Numbered from the stretch's first letter, positions 46,589 through 58,053 are shown. The stretch: DNA of 64,000 nucleotides from Clostridia bacterium (GCA_022797145.1 JAAWKA010000006.1:14306-78305); one strand, 5' to 3'. A program made the numbers and translations. Notes: generated from the letters alone by a model not told the origin.

Positions 46589-48868
46589 ATGCAAAACTTA
46601 TTAGATGAGTTAAATGACAAACAATATGAAGCTGTTATAAACTATGAAGGACCATGTCTTGTAATAGCGGGAGCAGGTAGTGGAAAAACAAAAGTACTAA
46701 CACATAAAATAGCATACTTAATACAAGAAAAAAATATAAAACCTTGGAACATATTAGCAATAACATTTACTAATAAGGCAGCAAATGAAATGAAACAAAG
46801 AGTAGAAACATTAATTGGAGAAATTGCAAACGATATGTGGATAGGAACATTTCATGCAATATGTGTAAGAATTTTAAGAAGGTATATAGATAGAATAGAA
46901 TTTGAAAAGTCTTTTGTAATATTTGATACATCAGACCAAAGAACATTAATAAAAAACTGTCTAAAAGAATTAGATATAGACGATAAAATGTTTACAGACA
47001 GAATAGTACAATATGAAATAAGCAATGCAAAAAATGATATGTTAGAACCAGAGACATATGCAGCAAAAGCAATAGGAGATTTTAGAAAAGAAAAAATAGC
47101 ACAAATATATGAACTATATCAAAAAAGATTAAAAGAAAACAATGCAATAGACTTTGATGATATAATAAATTTTTCAATAAAAATAATCACAGAAAATCCA
47201 GATATATTAGAATATTATTCGGAGAAGTTTAGATACATTTTAGTAGACGAATATCAAGATACCAACAAAGCACAATTTACATTAATAAGTTTACTTGCAG
47301 CAAGATATGGAAATATAACAGTAGTAGGAGACAATGATCAAGGAATTTACTCTTTTAGAGGAGCAGATATATCAAACATATTAAATTTTGAAAAAGACTT
47401 TCCAGGAACTAAAATTATAAAATTAGAACAAAACTATAGATGCACAGGAAATATATTAAATGCAGCTAATTCAGTAATAAAAAACAATGAAGTTAAATAT
47501 GAAAAAAAATTGTGGACAGAAAATGAAATAGGAAAATTACCATATTTACATACTGCAGAAGATGAATATGATGAAGCAAGATTTATTGTAGAACAAATTA
47601 ATCATTTAAAAATAGAAGAATACTATAAATATTCAGATTTCTCAATACTATATAGAATGAACACACAATCTCGTGCAATAGAAGAAATATTAGTAAGAGA
47701 AGGTATACCATATAAAATTATTGGCGGATTAAAATTTTATGAAAGAAAAGAGATAAAAGACATAATTGCATATTTAAGACTTATACATAACACTAATGAC
47801 AATTTAAGTTTAATAAGAGTCATAAATGAACCTAAAAGAGGAATAGGAAAAACAAGTATAGAAAAAGTACAAAAGATTTCAGAACAAAATGGAATTTCAA
47901 TGTATGAAGTCATAAAACATGCAGAAGAATATGGACTAAACAAAGTATTTTTAAATTCAAGAGAATTTATACAAACAATAGAAGAATTAAGGAAAGAAAA
48001 AGAAAACATAAACATATCAGAATTAATAAAACAAACACTAAACAAAACTGGATATACAAAAGCACTAGAAACAGAAAATACAGTAGAAGCAGAGAATAGA
48101 ATAGAAAACCTAGAAGAATTTTTAACAGTAGCAATAGAATATGAAGAACAAGTTGCAGAAAATGATTTAGGAGACTTTTTAGAAGGAATTACACTTACAA
48201 GTGACATAGATAATTTAGAAGAAGAACAAGACATGGTAACTTTAATGACATTACATAGTGCAAAAGGTTTAGAATTTCCAGTAGTATTTTTAGTAGGAAT
48301 GGAAGAAGGAATATTTCCAGGATATAAATCTATATCTGAACCAAAAGAATTAGAAGAAGAAAGACGATTATGCTATGTTGGTATAACAAGAGCAAAAAAC
48401 TATTTATATTTAACCTGTGCAAAAAGAAGAACAATATTTGGCTCAACGAGCTGTAACCCTGTATCAAGATTTATAGGAGAAATACCAGATGAATACATAG
48501 AAGGAAGACAAGAAAAGGATGAGAACATATTCAATGATACAAAATATGAATGGACTTATCAAGAATCAAAAATTGTTAAATATAAAAATCAAAATTTAAG
48601 AAATACAACTAAGGAAGAGATTAAAAAGAAAGAATATCCATTTAAAAGTGTAGAAACCTTTTTAAACAATATTTCAAAAAAAGAAGAAAATCAAATAAAC
48701 TTATCACAATACAAAGCTGGACAAAAAGTATATCATAAAAAATTTGGAGAAGGAACAATAAACTATGTAGAAAAGGAAGGAACAGACTTAAAAGTAGACA
48801 TTACCTTTGATAAAGTAGGACATAAACGATTAATGGCAAAATTTGCAGGCTTAGAAATAATAGAATAA
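46589..48868 (+). CDS. pcrA: ATP-dependent DNA helicase PcrA (UvrD family)
   Basis: SF1 motifs AGAGSGKT, DEYQDTN, VGDNDQGIYSFRGA, TLHSAKGLEFPVVF, and YVGITRAK. Confidence 0.9.
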   Translation: MQNLLDELNDKQYEAVINYEGPCLVIAGAGSGKTKVLTHKIAYLIQEKNIKPWNILAITFTNKAANEMKQRVETLIGEIANDMWIGTFHAICVRILRRYIDRIEFEKSFVIFDTSDQRTLIKNCLKELDIDDKMFTDRIVQYEISNAKNDMLEPETYAAKAIGDFRKEKIAQIYELYQKRLKENNAIDFDDIINFSIKIITENPDILEYYSEKFRYILVDEYQDTNKAQFTLISLLAARYGNITVVGDNDQGIYSFRGADISNILNFEKDFPGTKIIKLEQNYRCTGNILNAANSVIKNNEVKYEKKLWTENEIGKLPYLHTAEDEYDEARFIVEQINHLKIEEYYKYSDFSILYRMNTQSRAIEEILVREGIPYKIIGGLKFYERKEIKDIIAYLRLIHNTNDNLSLIRVINEPKRGIGKTSIEKVQKISEQNGISMYEVIKHAEEYGLNKVFLNSREFIQTIEELRKEKENINISELIKQTLNKTGYTKALETENTVEAENRIENLEEFLTVAIEYEEQVAENDLGDFLEGITLTSDIDNLEEEQDMVTLMTLHSAKGLEFPVVFLVGMEEGIFPGYKSISEPKELEEERRLCYVGITRAKNYLYLTCAKRRTIFGSTSCNPVSRFIGEIPDEYIEGRQEKDENIFNDTKYEWTYQESKIVKYKNQNLRNTTKEEIKKKEYPFKSVETFLNNISKKEENQINLSQYKAGQKVYHKKFGEGTINYVEKEGTDLKVDITFDKVGHKRLMAKFAGLEIIE

Positions 48869-48875
48869 ATAAAAA

Positions 48876-48913
48876 ACACTATAGATTTAGAAAATCCATA
48901 GTGTCTTTATTTT
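48876..48913 (+). terminator. Rho-independent terminator after pcrA
   Basis: Stem ACACTATAGA / TCCATAGTGT followed by CTTTATTTT. Confidence 0.65.
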
Positions 48914-49029
48914 GTATATTAAAATACATACTAACAATAATATAAATCTTAAAATTCACCTTAAAATTGAATAAAATATAAAAAAGAGGAACACAATAAA
49001 ATTATATAATAAAAGAAAGGATGATAAAA

Positions 49030-49218
49030 ATGGCAAATTTAAATCAAGTAGAACTTCAAAATTTAAGACATCTAATAGGAGCACATGAAACATCATATCA
49101 AAAACTAAACACATATGCATCACAAACAGTAGACCCAGAAATAAAGCAAGTATTCACAAAAGCAGCACAAGATGCATTAAATACAAAACAAAAATTAATG
49201 ACATTTTTAAATAATTAG
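49030..49218 (+). CDS. Small CotF-related spore coat protein
   Basis: The 62-aa product MANLNQVELQNLRHLIGAHETSYQKLNTYASQ... is a helical CotF-like partner. ATG 49030 is better spaced from AAGGA than 49021. Confidence 0.5.
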   Translation: MANLNQVELQNLRHLIGAHETSYQKLNTYASQTVDPEIKQVFTKAAQDALNTKQKLMTFLNN

Positions 49219-49227
49219 GAGGTTAAT

Positions 49228-49473
49228 ATGGACGAAAAAGTAATGATAAATGATATTTTATCAGGAGTAAAATCAGAATTAAAAACATATCAAGGAGCTA
49301 TATCTGAATGTGAAAATATGCAACTAAGACAAACTTTTCAACAAATTAGAAATAATGATGAAAGTTTCCAATATGAAATATTCAAAATAGCACAAACAAA
49401 AGGATATTATAAACCAGCAGCACAAGCAACAACTACAGAGATTAATACAGTAAAAGCAGATCTACAAGCATAA
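49228..49473 (+). CDS. Spore coat protein F (Coat_F domain)
   Basis: INDILSGVKSELKTYQGAISECENMQLRQTFQQIRNNDESFQYEIF is the typical Coat_F signature. RBS AGGAGG. Confidence 0.7.
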   Translation: MDEKVMINDILSGVKSELKTYQGAISECENMQLRQTFQQIRNNDESFQYEIFKIAQTKGYYKPAAQATTTEINTVKADLQA

Positions 49474-49487
49474 TAAATATTAGAATA

Positions 49488-49546
49488 AAAGTAAAGTCAA
49501 ATTTTCTTACTACTTTGTAAAGAATTTGACTTTACTTTTTTTATAC
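49488..49546 (+). terminator. Strong rho-independent terminator
   Basis: About 19-bp stem AAAGTAAAGTCAAATT.. / ..AATTTGACTTTACTTT followed by TTTTT. Confidence 0.8.
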
Positions 49547-49751
49547 GGAAATAAGCTATTATTACAAAAAAATATAAAATATTACAAAAATATTACAATA
49601 TATTAAAAAATAAAGAAAAGAGAAGAAAAGAGAAGAAAAACAAAAATAATTTAAAAAAACAAGGACGAGTAATCCTTGTAAAAAAAATTAGTATAAGATA
49701 AAATATCAAGTATCAAAAGAAAAAGAGAAAAAGGAGTGTATTAAATTAAAT

Positions 49752-50762
49752 ATGAAAAAAATATTAATACATTTAAGAACTTGGGTAAAACTTATTTCCC
49801 TAACAGTTTTAGCAACAGCAATAATAACAGGAGTAGTAGCATATATATATAAACCAACATATAGTGTTACACTAAATGGAGAATTTATTGGATATACAAA
49901 AGACAAGACACAATTGCAAAAAAGAATTAATGACTACATAGAAGAAGGTGATGGAGAAAACGTTTCTTTTGTACAAGTTGATGAATTACCAGAATACAAA
50001 TTATGCTTACTACAAAAAGATGTATCAACAAATGATGAAGAAATATACACAAAAGTAAAAGATACAGGAACAGCATACTATAGATATTATGCTATTGTAC
50101 AAGATGAAGAAGAAAAAATGTATGTAGCATCATATGAAGAAGCTGAAAAGGCAGTAGAAGGCTTAAAAGAAAAAAATAGTGCAAATAAAGATGAAATAGG
50201 AATAGTAGAAAAATATGAGCCACAATCAAAAGATATAGTATCCTCAGAAGAAGTTATATCAAAATTATATGAAAAACCAGAAGAAAAAGTAACAAAAACA
50301 ATTACTAATTCAAGTGGAACTACTAAATCTTCAGGGCCAGTAAAATATGCAACAAGTGCAAATAGTTCTGGAAATAAAATAGAACTAGGTATTAACATTA
50401 TAAAACCAATATCAGGAACAGTAACATCCAGATTTGGTGGAAGATGGGGAAAAGCACATAAAGGGATTGATATAGGAGCACCAAAAGGAACAAAAATAAA
50501 AGCAGCAGCAGGAGGAACAGTAGTAACCTCAAGCACTGGTTATAATGGAGGTTATGGAAATTACATTGTTATATCACATGGAAATGGAGTAGAAACAGCA
50601 TATGGTCACTGTAATGAACTATATGTAAAAGTGGGACAAAAAGTATCACAAGGAGAAATAATTGGATCAGTAGGAAATACAGGGCGTTCTTATGGTAATC
50701 ATTTACATTTAGAAATTAGAAAAAATGGAGTTGCACAAAATCCACAAAACTATTTATATTAA
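49752..50762 (+). CDS. M23-family (LytM-domain) peptidoglycan endopeptidase, membrane anchored
   Basis: N-terminal TM helix. C-terminal motifs HKGIDIGAPKGTKIKAAAGGTV, GNYIVISHGNGVETAYGH, and GNTGRSYGNHLHLEIR. Confidence 0.85.
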   Translation: MKKILIHLRTWVKLISLTVLATAIITGVVAYIYKPTYSVTLNGEFIGYTKDKTQLQKRINDYIEEGDGENVSFVQVDELPEYKLCLLQKDVSTNDEEIYTKVKDTGTAYYRYYAIVQDEEEKMYVASYEEAEKAVEGLKEKNSANKDEIGIVEKYEPQSKDIVSSEEVISKLYEKPEEKVTKTITNSSGTTKSSGPVKYATSANSSGNKIELGINIIKPISGTVTSRFGGRWGKAHKGIDIGAPKGTKIKAAAGGTVVTSSTGYNGGYGNYIVISHGNGVETAYGHCNELYVKVGQKVSQGEIIGSVGNTGRSYGNHLHLEIRKNGVAQNPQNYLY

Positions 50763-50770
50763 TAAAAATA

Positions 50771-50808
50771 AAAAACCAATAATAGATTCAACATATTATT
50801 GGTTTTTA
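50771..50808. terminator. Bidirectional terminator between the M23 peptidase gene and mecA
   Basis: AAAACCAATAAT / ATTATTGGTTTT stem flanked by A- and T-runs. Confidence 0.7.
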
Positions 50809-50813
50809 TATTA

Positions 50814-51440
50814 TTAACAAAAATGTTTAATACAAGTGTTTATAGCTGTATCTTTTATAATTAAATTACCATACTCTTTTATCTTACTTTCAAATAAACT
50901 AGAATTTGGAACAAAACGTGCAAACTCAGTTATAGAAGAAGTAAAAACTTTTAGTAAATTTGGATTCATTGTAATATCTGAAAACACCAGATAAAATGAA
51001 TCATTATAAGAGTATAATGAGATACATTTTATAAAATCATTTAAATTTTTTAAAATACTGTTATTTAAAAAATTGCAAAACTCACAAAACTCTTCAAAAG
51101 AAACAAAACAATAAATAGCCTTTTTAGTGTCTAAAGTATGTCGTTTTCTTTTTATATGTACTTTTTTCTTCTTTAAAACAGACTTTTCCTTTTCAGGAGC
51201 AAGCCTTGTCACTGTCAAAATAAAATTACCATCAGCCATAGCAAGAGCTTCAATCATAATACGATAATCTTCAGTTACAAATCCCACTTCTTTTTCGGCT
51301 TCTTCTAACATATCTAAAAAAATCTCTTGAGATTCTATAGAATTAGACATAAAAGCGTGAAAATCTATATCTTTTTCTTTTAAGTCTTCTAAATTTAAAG
51401 TAATTCGTATTTTATCCTCATTTAGTTTTTCTATTTTCAT
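50814..51440 (-). CDS. mecA: Adaptor protein MecA (ClpC adaptor)
   Basis: N-terminus MKIEKLNEDKIRITLNLEDLKEKDIDFHAF and the overall length fit MecA. Confidence 0.75.
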   Translation of the reverse strand: MKIEKLNEDKIRITLNLEDLKEKDIDFHAFMSNSIESQEIFLDMLEEAEKEVGFVTEDYRIMIEALAMADGNFILTVTRLAPEKEKSVLKKKKVHIKRKRHTLDTKKAIYCFVSFEEFCEFCNFLNNSILKNLNDFIKCISLYSYNDSFYLVFSDITMNPNLLKVFTSSITEFARFVPNSSLFESKIKEYGNLIIKDTAINTCIKHFC

Positions 51441-51657
51441 ACAAATATTTACCTCCTAAGTTAAGCTCTAATACCATTATACTACTAATATAACATAATT
51501 TAAAGGAACAATTTTTGGAAATATAATAAAATAAAGTAAAATTACCAGTAATATAGTATATTAAATAGCATATAAAAGTGTACTAATAATATAGCACAAA
51601 CAATAAAAAAAGAAAAGCAAAAGAACAAAAAAAGAAAAAAAATTACCAATTAATTAC

Positions 51658-51686
51658 TTGAAAAAAAGTATTATAGCATATATAAT
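51658..51686 (+). promoter_or_regulatory. Sigma-A-type promoter ahead of the DUF4321-radC-mre operon
   Basis: TTGAAA (51658-51663), 17-nt spacer, TATAAT (51681-51686). Confidence 0.5.
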
Positions 51687-51732
51687 AATATAATATAAAA
51701 GTAAAAAAACAGAAGAAAAATAGGAGGAAAAA

Positions 51733-51990
51733 ATGGCAACAAGAGATAAAAGTGTTTGGATATTAATTGTATTTATACTATCAGGATTAGTAATAGGGGG
51801 ATTACTTGGCGAATTAGCTTCAAAAGTGGATTTTTTATGGTGGCTATCATATGGACAAGAATTTGGATTATCAAATCCATTAACTCTAGACTTAAATATA
51901 GTAAGACTAACATTTGGATTACAACTAAAAATAAATATAGCAAGTATAATAGGAATGGCGATAGCAATTTTTATATATAGAAAAGTATAA
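51733..51990 (+). CDS. DUF4321 small membrane protein
   Basis: 85 aa with two TM helices and the ..NPLTLDLNIVRLTFGLQLKINIASIIG.. core. It sits upstream of radC-mreB, as is usual in Clostridia. Confidence 0.65.
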   Translation: MATRDKSVWILIVFILSGLVIGGLLGELASKVDFLWWLSYGQEFGLSNPLTLDLNIVRLTFGLQLKINIASIIGMAIAIFIYRKV

Positions 51991-52037
51991 TAAAATAAGG
52001 GCTACAATTTAATATGGGGGAGAAGAAAGGGTAAAAT

Positions 52038-52724
52038 ATGTCTATAAAAATGAAAGAACTCCCAGAATCAGAAAGACCATATGAAAAATTAAAATTATAT
52101 GGAGCATGTGAACTTTCAAATGCAGAGTTATTAGCAATTATTATAAAATGTGGTTCAAAAGAAGATACATCAGTAGGACTTGCACAAAAAATTCTAAAAT
52201 TAAATGAAAATAAAGATAGAAATGATTTAAAATTTTTACAAAATATATCCTTAGAAGAACTAACAAAAATAAAAGGAATTGGACAAGTAAAAGCAATCCA
52301 AATATTATCAGTTTGTGAACTTGCAAAAAGAATGTCAAGACCAATAAACTCTTTAAAAATAGTGATTAAAAATACCAAAGATGTGGCAGACTTATTTATA
52401 GAAGAGTTAAGATATGAAAAAAGAGAATTAGTAAAATTAGTTATGCTGAATACAAAAAATGTAGTAATAAAAATTACAGACATAGCATTAGGAGGCGGAA
52501 ACTTTGCAGCAATAGAACCAAAAATTGTTCTATTTGAACCTATTAAAATGCAAGCACAAAAGATAATACTAGTACATAATCATCCTAGTGGAGATCCAAC
52601 TCCAAGTAAAGGAGATTATCGTATTACAGACAGAATAAGTGAATGTGCAGACATAATGGGAATAACATTATTAGACCATGTTGTCATAGGAGATAACAAG
52701 TTTTGTAGTTTATTCCATAGCTAA
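52038..52724 (+). CDS. radC: RadC-family JAB-domain protein
   Basis: HhH region plus JAMM motif [16 protein letters not shown]. Confidence 0.85.
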   Translation: MSIKMKELPESERPYEKLKLYGACELSNAELLAIIIKCGSKEDTSVGLAQKILKLNENKDRNDLKFLQNISLEELTKIKGIGQVKAIQILSVCELAKRMSRPINSLKIVIKNTKDVADLFIEELRYEKRELVKLVMLNTKNVVIKITDIALGGGNFAAIEPKIVLFEPIKMQAQKIILVHNHPSGDPTPSKGDYRITDRISECADIMGITLLDHVVIGDNKFCSLFHS

Positions 52725-52759
52725 ATAAAAATTTGTTATTAGAGAAAGGAAGAGAAAAA

Positions 52760-53791
52760 ATGAAACTTTTTGGAATTGGTAATAAAGATATAGGGGTAGA
52801 CTTAGGAACAGCAAATATGTTAGTTACATTAAAAGGAAAAGGAATAATACTAAAAGAACCTTCAGTAGTTGCAATAGATAGAAAAACAGGAGGAATTGTT
52901 GCAACAGGAACAGAAGCAAAAGAAATGTTAGGAAGAACACCAGATCAAATAAGAGCAGTAAGACCATTAAAAGATGGAGTAATAGCAGACTTTACAGCTA
53001 CACAATTAATGTTAAAAAATATAATACAAAAAGTATGTAAAAGATATAATATAGGAAAGCCAAGAGTAGTAGTAGGAGTACCATCTGGTATAACAGAAGT
53101 GGAAGAAAGAGCAGTAGAAGAAGCAGTAATACAAGCAGGAGCAAGAGAAGTATATCTAATAGAAGAACCAATGGCAGCGGCAATAGGTGCAAATCTAGAT
53201 GTCTCAGAACCAAGTGGTAATATTATAGTAGATATAGGAGGGGGAACAACAGAAGTTGCTGTAGTTTCACTTGGAGGTATTGTTGTAAGTTATTCTCTAA
53301 GAGTGGCAGGAGATGAACTAGATAGTGACATTGTTTCATATATAAAAAAAGAGATGAATCTTGCAATAGGAGAAACAACAGCAGAAGAAATAAAAATGGA
53401 GATAGGATGTGCAGCCCCTCTAATGAGCACAGCAAGTAAGGAAATAAGAGGAAGAGATTTAACAACAGGATTGCCTAAAAATATCATTATAACATCAGAA
53501 CAAACTCAAAAAGCTATGGAAGAGTCAATAGGTGAAATTGTAGATATAGTAAAATCAGCATTAGAAAAAACACCACCAGAATTAGCATCAGATATTATGG
53601 AAAAAGGAATTGTTTTAGCAGGAGGAGGAGCATTAATTCAAAATTTAGATAAACTACTAAGTGAGAGAACAGGTATGCCAGTATATGTTGCACAAGATCC
53701 ACTAGACTGTGTAGTAAAAGGAACAGGAAAAACCCTAGAGGATTTAGATAGATTAAAAAATGTTTTAATTAATGCAAGAAGAAAAAGATAG
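52760..53791 (+). CDS. mreB: Rod-shape-determining protein MreB
   Basis: Actin-fold motifs [23 protein letters not shown], and [11 protein letters not shown] 52760 is preferred over the upstream alternative start 52733. Confidence 0.9.
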   Translation: MKLFGIGNKDIGVDLGTANMLVTLKGKGIILKEPSVVAIDRKTGGIVATGTEAKEMLGRTPDQIRAVRPLKDGVIADFTATQLMLKNIIQKVCKRYNIGKPRVVVGVPSGITEVEERAVEEAVIQAGAREVYLIEEPMAAAIGANLDVSEPSGNIIVDIGGGTTEVAVVSLGGIVVSYSLRVAGDELDSDIVSYIKKEMNLAIGETTAEEIKMEIGCAAPLMSTASKEIRGRDLTTGLPKNIIITSEQTQKAMEESIGEIVDIVKSALEKTPPELASDIMEKGIVLAGGGALIQNLDKLLSERTGMPVYVAQDPLDCVVKGTGKTLEDLDRLKNVLINARRKR

Positions 53792-53812
53792 CAATTAAAA
53801 TAGGAGGGAAAA

Positions 53813-54631
53813 ATGTATAAGAAAAAAACAGGTATTATAGGAATTATAATAACAGTAGTTATATTAATTATATTAGTGTTTATATCAAATATAAATATAG
53901 AGAACTTATCATATATAGAAAATGCATTTTCAAGTATTGTAATGCCTATTCAAAATGGACTTACTTACTTGAAAAATAAGATATCTGGAAATAATACATT
54001 TTTTGCTGACATAAACAAATTAAAAGAAGAAAATGAAGAATTAAGAAATAAAAACTTAGAATTAGAAAAAGATTTAAGAGAATTTGAAATCATAAAATCA
54101 GAAAACACAACACTAAAAGAATATTTGAACCTAACAGAACAATATAGTAATTATAATACTAAAGCAGCGTATATAATAAATAAAGATATAAGTAATTATA
54201 GTAATATTTTTGTTATAAATATCGGAGAAAAAGATGGTATAAAACCTAATATGACAGTTATATCAGAAAAAGGACTAGTGGGATATATAATATCAACAAC
54301 TAGTAATACAGCTAAAGTACAAACAATTATAGACACAGCAAGTACAGTAAGCTCTACAATAAGCTCATCTAGGGAAACATTAATATGTAAAGGTACTTTA
54401 GATGATACATCATCCTTAAAAGCAACTAATATTTCAACAACAGCAACAATAATACAAGGAGATAAAGTAGAAACCTCAGGAATGGGAGGAATATATCCAA
54501 AAGGAATTCTAATAGGTACTATAAAAAAAGTAGAAAATACAAAAAATATTGTAGACAGATATGCAATTATAGAGCCAGCAGTAAATTTTGATAAAGTAGA
54601 AACAGTATTAGTAATAATAAGTGATAAATAA
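53813..54631 (+). CDS. mreC: Rod-shape-determining protein MreC
   Basis: TM anchor, a coiled coil (LKEENEELRNKNLELEKDL), and a beta domain with ..TSGMGGIYPKGILIG... Confidence 0.85.
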   Translation: MYKKKTGIIGIIITVVILIILVFISNINIENLSYIENAFSSIVMPIQNGLTYLKNKISGNNTFFADINKLKEENEELRNKNLELEKDLREFEIIKSENTTLKEYLNLTEQYSNYNTKAAYIINKDISNYSNIFVINIGEKDGIKPNMTVISEKGLVGYIISTTSNTAKVQTIIDTASTVSSTISSSRETLICKGTLDDTSSLKATNISTTATIIQGDKVETSGMGGIYPKGILIGTIKKVENTKNIVDRYAIIEPAVNFDKVETVLVIISDK

Positions 54632-54652
54632 AAAACAAAAGGAGGGAATAAA

Positions 54653-55186
54653 TTGAAAAATACTTTAATAATAGTAGCATTAATTACCACCTTTTTATTT
54701 ATATATTTTTTACAATCTAATTTTTTTATTTGGTTTACAATAGGAGGAATACAACCAAACTTATTTATAATTTTAATGTTATTTATAGGATTATTTGGAG
54801 GAAAAAGATTAGGCATACCACTTGGAATAACAATAGGTATATTGCTAGATTTTTTTATAAGTAAAAAAATTGGAATATCTGCAATTATGTTAGCACTTAT
54901 TGGAGGACTTGGAGGGATACTAGATAAAAACTTTTCAAAAGATAGTAAAATGACAATTATAATAATGACAATAGGATCTACAATAATATACGAAATAGGA
55001 ATGTATGCTATAAATACAATAATACTTTCATCAACAATAGAAATAACACCATTTATAAAAATATTGTCAATAGAGATAATTTATAATATTATAATTACAA
55101 TACTAGTATATCCAATAATTCAAAAAGCTGGATATTATATAGAAGATACATTTAAATCAACTAAAATTCTAACAAGATATTTTTAA
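54653..55186 (+). CDS. mreD: Rod-shape-determining protein MreD
   Basis: A 177-aa polytopic membrane protein directly after mreC. TTG start follows GGAGGGAA. Confidence 0.75.
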   Translation: MKNTLIIVALITTFLFIYFLQSNFFIWFTIGGIQPNLFIILMLFIGLFGGKRLGIPLGITIGILLDFFISKKIGISAIMLALIGGLGGILDKNFSKDSKMTIIIMTIGSTIIYEIGMYAINTIILSSTIEITPFIKILSIEIIYNIIITILVYPIIQKAGYYIEDTFKSTKILTRYF

Positions 55187-55203
55187 TATAAGGAGGAAGT
55201 AAG

Positions 55204-57300
55204 TTGCAAAAACAATCAAACATAAAATTAAGATACAATATCATTACAGTTGCAATATATATTATTGGAATTGTATTATTAATGCAACTATTTAACCTTC
55301 AAATCATACATGGTGCAGAATATAGAGAAAATTCAAATACTAGACTAACAAGAGAAACAGTATTAAAAGCAGCAAGAGGAAACATATCAGATAGTACAGG
55401 AACAGCCCTAGTAGAGACCACTACTAGTATTAGTTTAGAAATGTATAAAAGTAAAATAGATAACAACAAATTAAATGAAACAATATTAAAAACAATAAAA
55501 GTTTTAGAGCAAAATGGAGATAAATATGTAGATAGCTTTCCAATAGCAATAAATCCATTTGAATTTACTCAAAAAGATGAAGAAAAAGAAAAGAAATGGA
55601 AAAAGTCAAATAAAATAGATCAAAATTTAACAGCAGAAGAAGTATTTTATAAATTCAAAGAAAAATATAAAATAGAAGAAAATGATATAGAGGATATAAG
55701 AAAAATAATAGTAATAAGATACCAGATAGAACAAGAAGGATATAGTTCAACAAAACCAATACAAATAGCGGATAGTATAAGTATACAAAGTAGAGACATT
55801 ATAAGTGAACAAAATGATTCATTTCCAGGCATATATACAGTAGTACAACCAGTAAGAAGTTATCCCAAAGGAAGTTTAGCTTCACACATAATAGGGTATA
55901 CTTCAAAAATAGACAAAAATGAATATGAGCAAGAAAAAGATAATGGCTATACAAAAAACGACTATTATGGGAAAGCTGGAATTGAGAAAGTAGCAGAAAA
56001 ATATTTAAAAGGTCAAGATGGAACAAAACAATTAGATATGGCAGTTGATGGAACAATTACAGATGAATACATATCAAAAGAAGCAATTCAAGGTTCAAAT
56101 GTTATATTAACAATAGATGCAAACTTACAAGCAGTTACAGAAAAAGCATTAAAAGATAATATACAGAAAATAGCAAATGGAGGATTCTCAGACAGATCTA
56201 ATGCAAATGCAGGAGCTATGGTAGTAATGAATGTAAAAACTGGTGAAATATTAGCAATGGCAAGTTATCCTGATTACGAGCCAAATAAATTTACATTTGG
56301 AATAGATAATGAGACTTGGAATATATATAAAGATGAAACAACAAAACCTATGTCAAATAGAGCAATACAAGAAGTATATCCTCCAGGCTCTATATATAAA
56401 ATGGTAACAGCAACAGCAGGATTAGAAACAGGATATATTACTCCAAAAACAAAAATAAATGATACAGGAGTATATCCAAAAGCAGGAAATCCAGTATGTT
56501 GGATATGGACAAGTAATCATAGAGGACATGGTTGGTTAAATGTATCACAAGCAATACAACATTCATGTAACTATTTCTTTTATGACATTGGATATAACAT
56601 AGGAATTGACATGCTAGAAAGATATACAAGATATTATGGACTAGGATCAAAAACAGGAGTAGAATTACCATCAGAAGCATCAGGAACTTTAAACCATAAA
56701 GAAGAAGGAAAAGTTTGGTATCCAGGAGATACATTATCAGCATCAATAGGGCAAAAGGATAACCAATTTACTCCATTACAAATGGCAAAATACGCAAGTA
56801 TGCTTGCAAATGGAGGTAAAGTAGTAAACCCTACTATAATAAAAGCAATACAAAAATCAGATGGTACAGAAATTCCAAAAGAAGAATATGAAGCATACTT
56901 TAATGAAAAATTAGGAATACAAGAAAAACAAGAAGACTTAGTATTAAATCCAGATAATTTAAAAACAATATTAGAAGGAATGCATAATGTTACAAGTGAA
57001 AGTGGGGGAACAGCATACTCAACATTTAGAAATTTCAATATAGAAGTAGGAGGAAAAACAGGTTCTGCCCAAACAGGAAGAATAGATGAAAGAGGAAACA
57101 AGATAACACATGGATGGTTTTTAGGATTTGCGCCATTTGATGATCCAGAAATAGCAGTAGTAGTAATGGTAGAAAATGCAGGACATGGAGGATATACAGC
57201 AGAAGCAGCAAGAGATGTAATGGAACAATACTTTGGAATGAATTCAAATCAAGTAGTAGAAGACGTAACAGCAAAACCATATACAGAAATACAAAATTAA
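55204..57300 (+). CDS. mrdA: Penicillin-binding protein 2 (elongation transpeptidase)
   Basis: TM anchor, SxxK (GSIYKMV), SxN (HSCNYF), and KTG (GKTGSAQ). mreBCD context. Confidence 0.85.
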   Translation: MQKQSNIKLRYNIITVAIYIIGIVLLMQLFNLQIIHGAEYRENSNTRLTRETVLKAARGNISDSTGTALVETTTSISLEMYKSKIDNNKLNETILKTIKVLEQNGDKYVDSFPIAINPFEFTQKDEEKEKKWKKSNKIDQNLTAEEVFYKFKEKYKIEENDIEDIRKIIVIRYQIEQEGYSSTKPIQIADSISIQSRDIISEQNDSFPGIYTVVQPVRSYPKGSLASHIIGYTSKIDKNEYEQEKDNGYTKNDYYGKAGIEKVAEKYLKGQDGTKQLDMAVDGTITDEYISKEAIQGSNVILTIDANLQAVTEKALKDNIQKIANGGFSDRSNANAGAMVVMNVKTGEILAMASYPDYEPNKFTFGIDNETWNIYKDETTKPMSNRAIQEVYPPGSIYKMVTATAGLETGYITPKTKINDTGVYPKAGNPVCWIWTSNHRGHGWLNVSQAIQHSCNYFFYDIGYNIGIDMLERYTRYYGLGSKTGVELPSEASGTLNHKEEGKVWYPGDTLSASIGQKDNQFTPLQMAKYASMLANGGKVVNPTIIKAIQKSDGTEIPKEEYEAYFNEKLGIQEKQEDLVLNPDNLKTILEGMHNVTSESGGTAYSTFRNFNIEVGGKTGSAQTGRIDERGNKITHGWFLGFAPFDDPEIAVVVMVENAGHGGYTAEAARDVMEQYFGMNSNQVVEDVTAKPYTEIQN

Positions 57301-57340
57301 AATAAATAGAACTAAAAAATGAGGAAAAGAGGTAGTAATA

Positions 57341-57958
57341 ATGGATAATAGTGTCAGTATATCATTAGGGAAAAATGAAATAACTTTAAAAATAAATGGA
57401 AGATCAACACAAAGAGAAATCGAAAAATGTTTAGAAAATAAGATACCAGAATTAAAAAGATTATACCAAGATGAAAAAACACCAATTTATGTTACAGGAA
57501 AGGTACTAAAAAATAAAGAAATAGAAAGAATAAAAGAAATTATACAAAAAGACCTAGATGTACAAATAGATTTTGATAGCCCCAAAGTATTAGGACTACA
57601 TGGTATAAGAAAAACTTTTTCAGAAGAAATAAGTTCTTCTGAGACAAAGTTCCATAGAGGTTCTCTAAGATCTGGGAAAAAAATAGAATATGAAGGAAGT
57701 CTTGTTATATTAGGAGATGTAAATGGTGGTGCAGAGGTTATAGCAGGAGATAATATAGTAGTATTAGGTGTATTAAGAGGACTTGCACATGCAGGAGCAA
57801 AGGGAAATAAAAAAGCAATGATTGCAGCAGCTAAAATTGAAGCTCCACAAATAAGAATTGCTAATATTGTACAAGAAATAGACAAAGAGGGAGAAAACAA
57901 TAATAGTCAAATAAAAACATATGCATATGTTAAAGAAAACAAAATGATAATTGAATAA
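57341..57958 (+). CDS. minC: Septum site-determining protein MinC
   Basis: C-terminal beta-helix repeat GSLVILGDVNGGAEVIAGDNIVVLGVLRGLAHAGAKG. Confidence 0.8.
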   Translation: MDNSVSISLGKNEITLKINGRSTQREIEKCLENKIPELKRLYQDEKTPIYVTGKVLKNKEIERIKEIIQKDLDVQIDFDSPKVLGLHGIRKTFSEEISSSETKFHRGSLRSGKKIEYEGSLVILGDVNGGAEVIAGDNIVVLGVLRGLAHAGAKGNKKAMIAAAKIEAPQIRIANIVQEIDKEGENNNSQIKTYAYVKENKMIIE

Positions 57959-57967
57959 AACAACATA

Positions 57968-58016
57968 AAACAGATATATTTACCATTAAATAGGTATATT
58001 ATCTGTTTATTTTTTA
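57968..58016 (+). terminator. Probable terminator after minC
   Basis: 9-bp stem AAACAGATA / TATCTGTTT with a large loop, followed by ATTTTTT. Confidence 0.45.
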
Positions 58017-58053
58017 AAGTATTATATAAAATTAATTAATAAAAATAAATATA

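Noticed and set aside
49560-49700. Short tandem repeats (GAAAAGAGAA x2, ATTACAAAAA x2) and a small hairpin upstream of the M23 peptidase gene
   Set aside because: The repeats are only two copies each, purine-rich and low in complexity. They cannot be distinguished from chance in this base composition.
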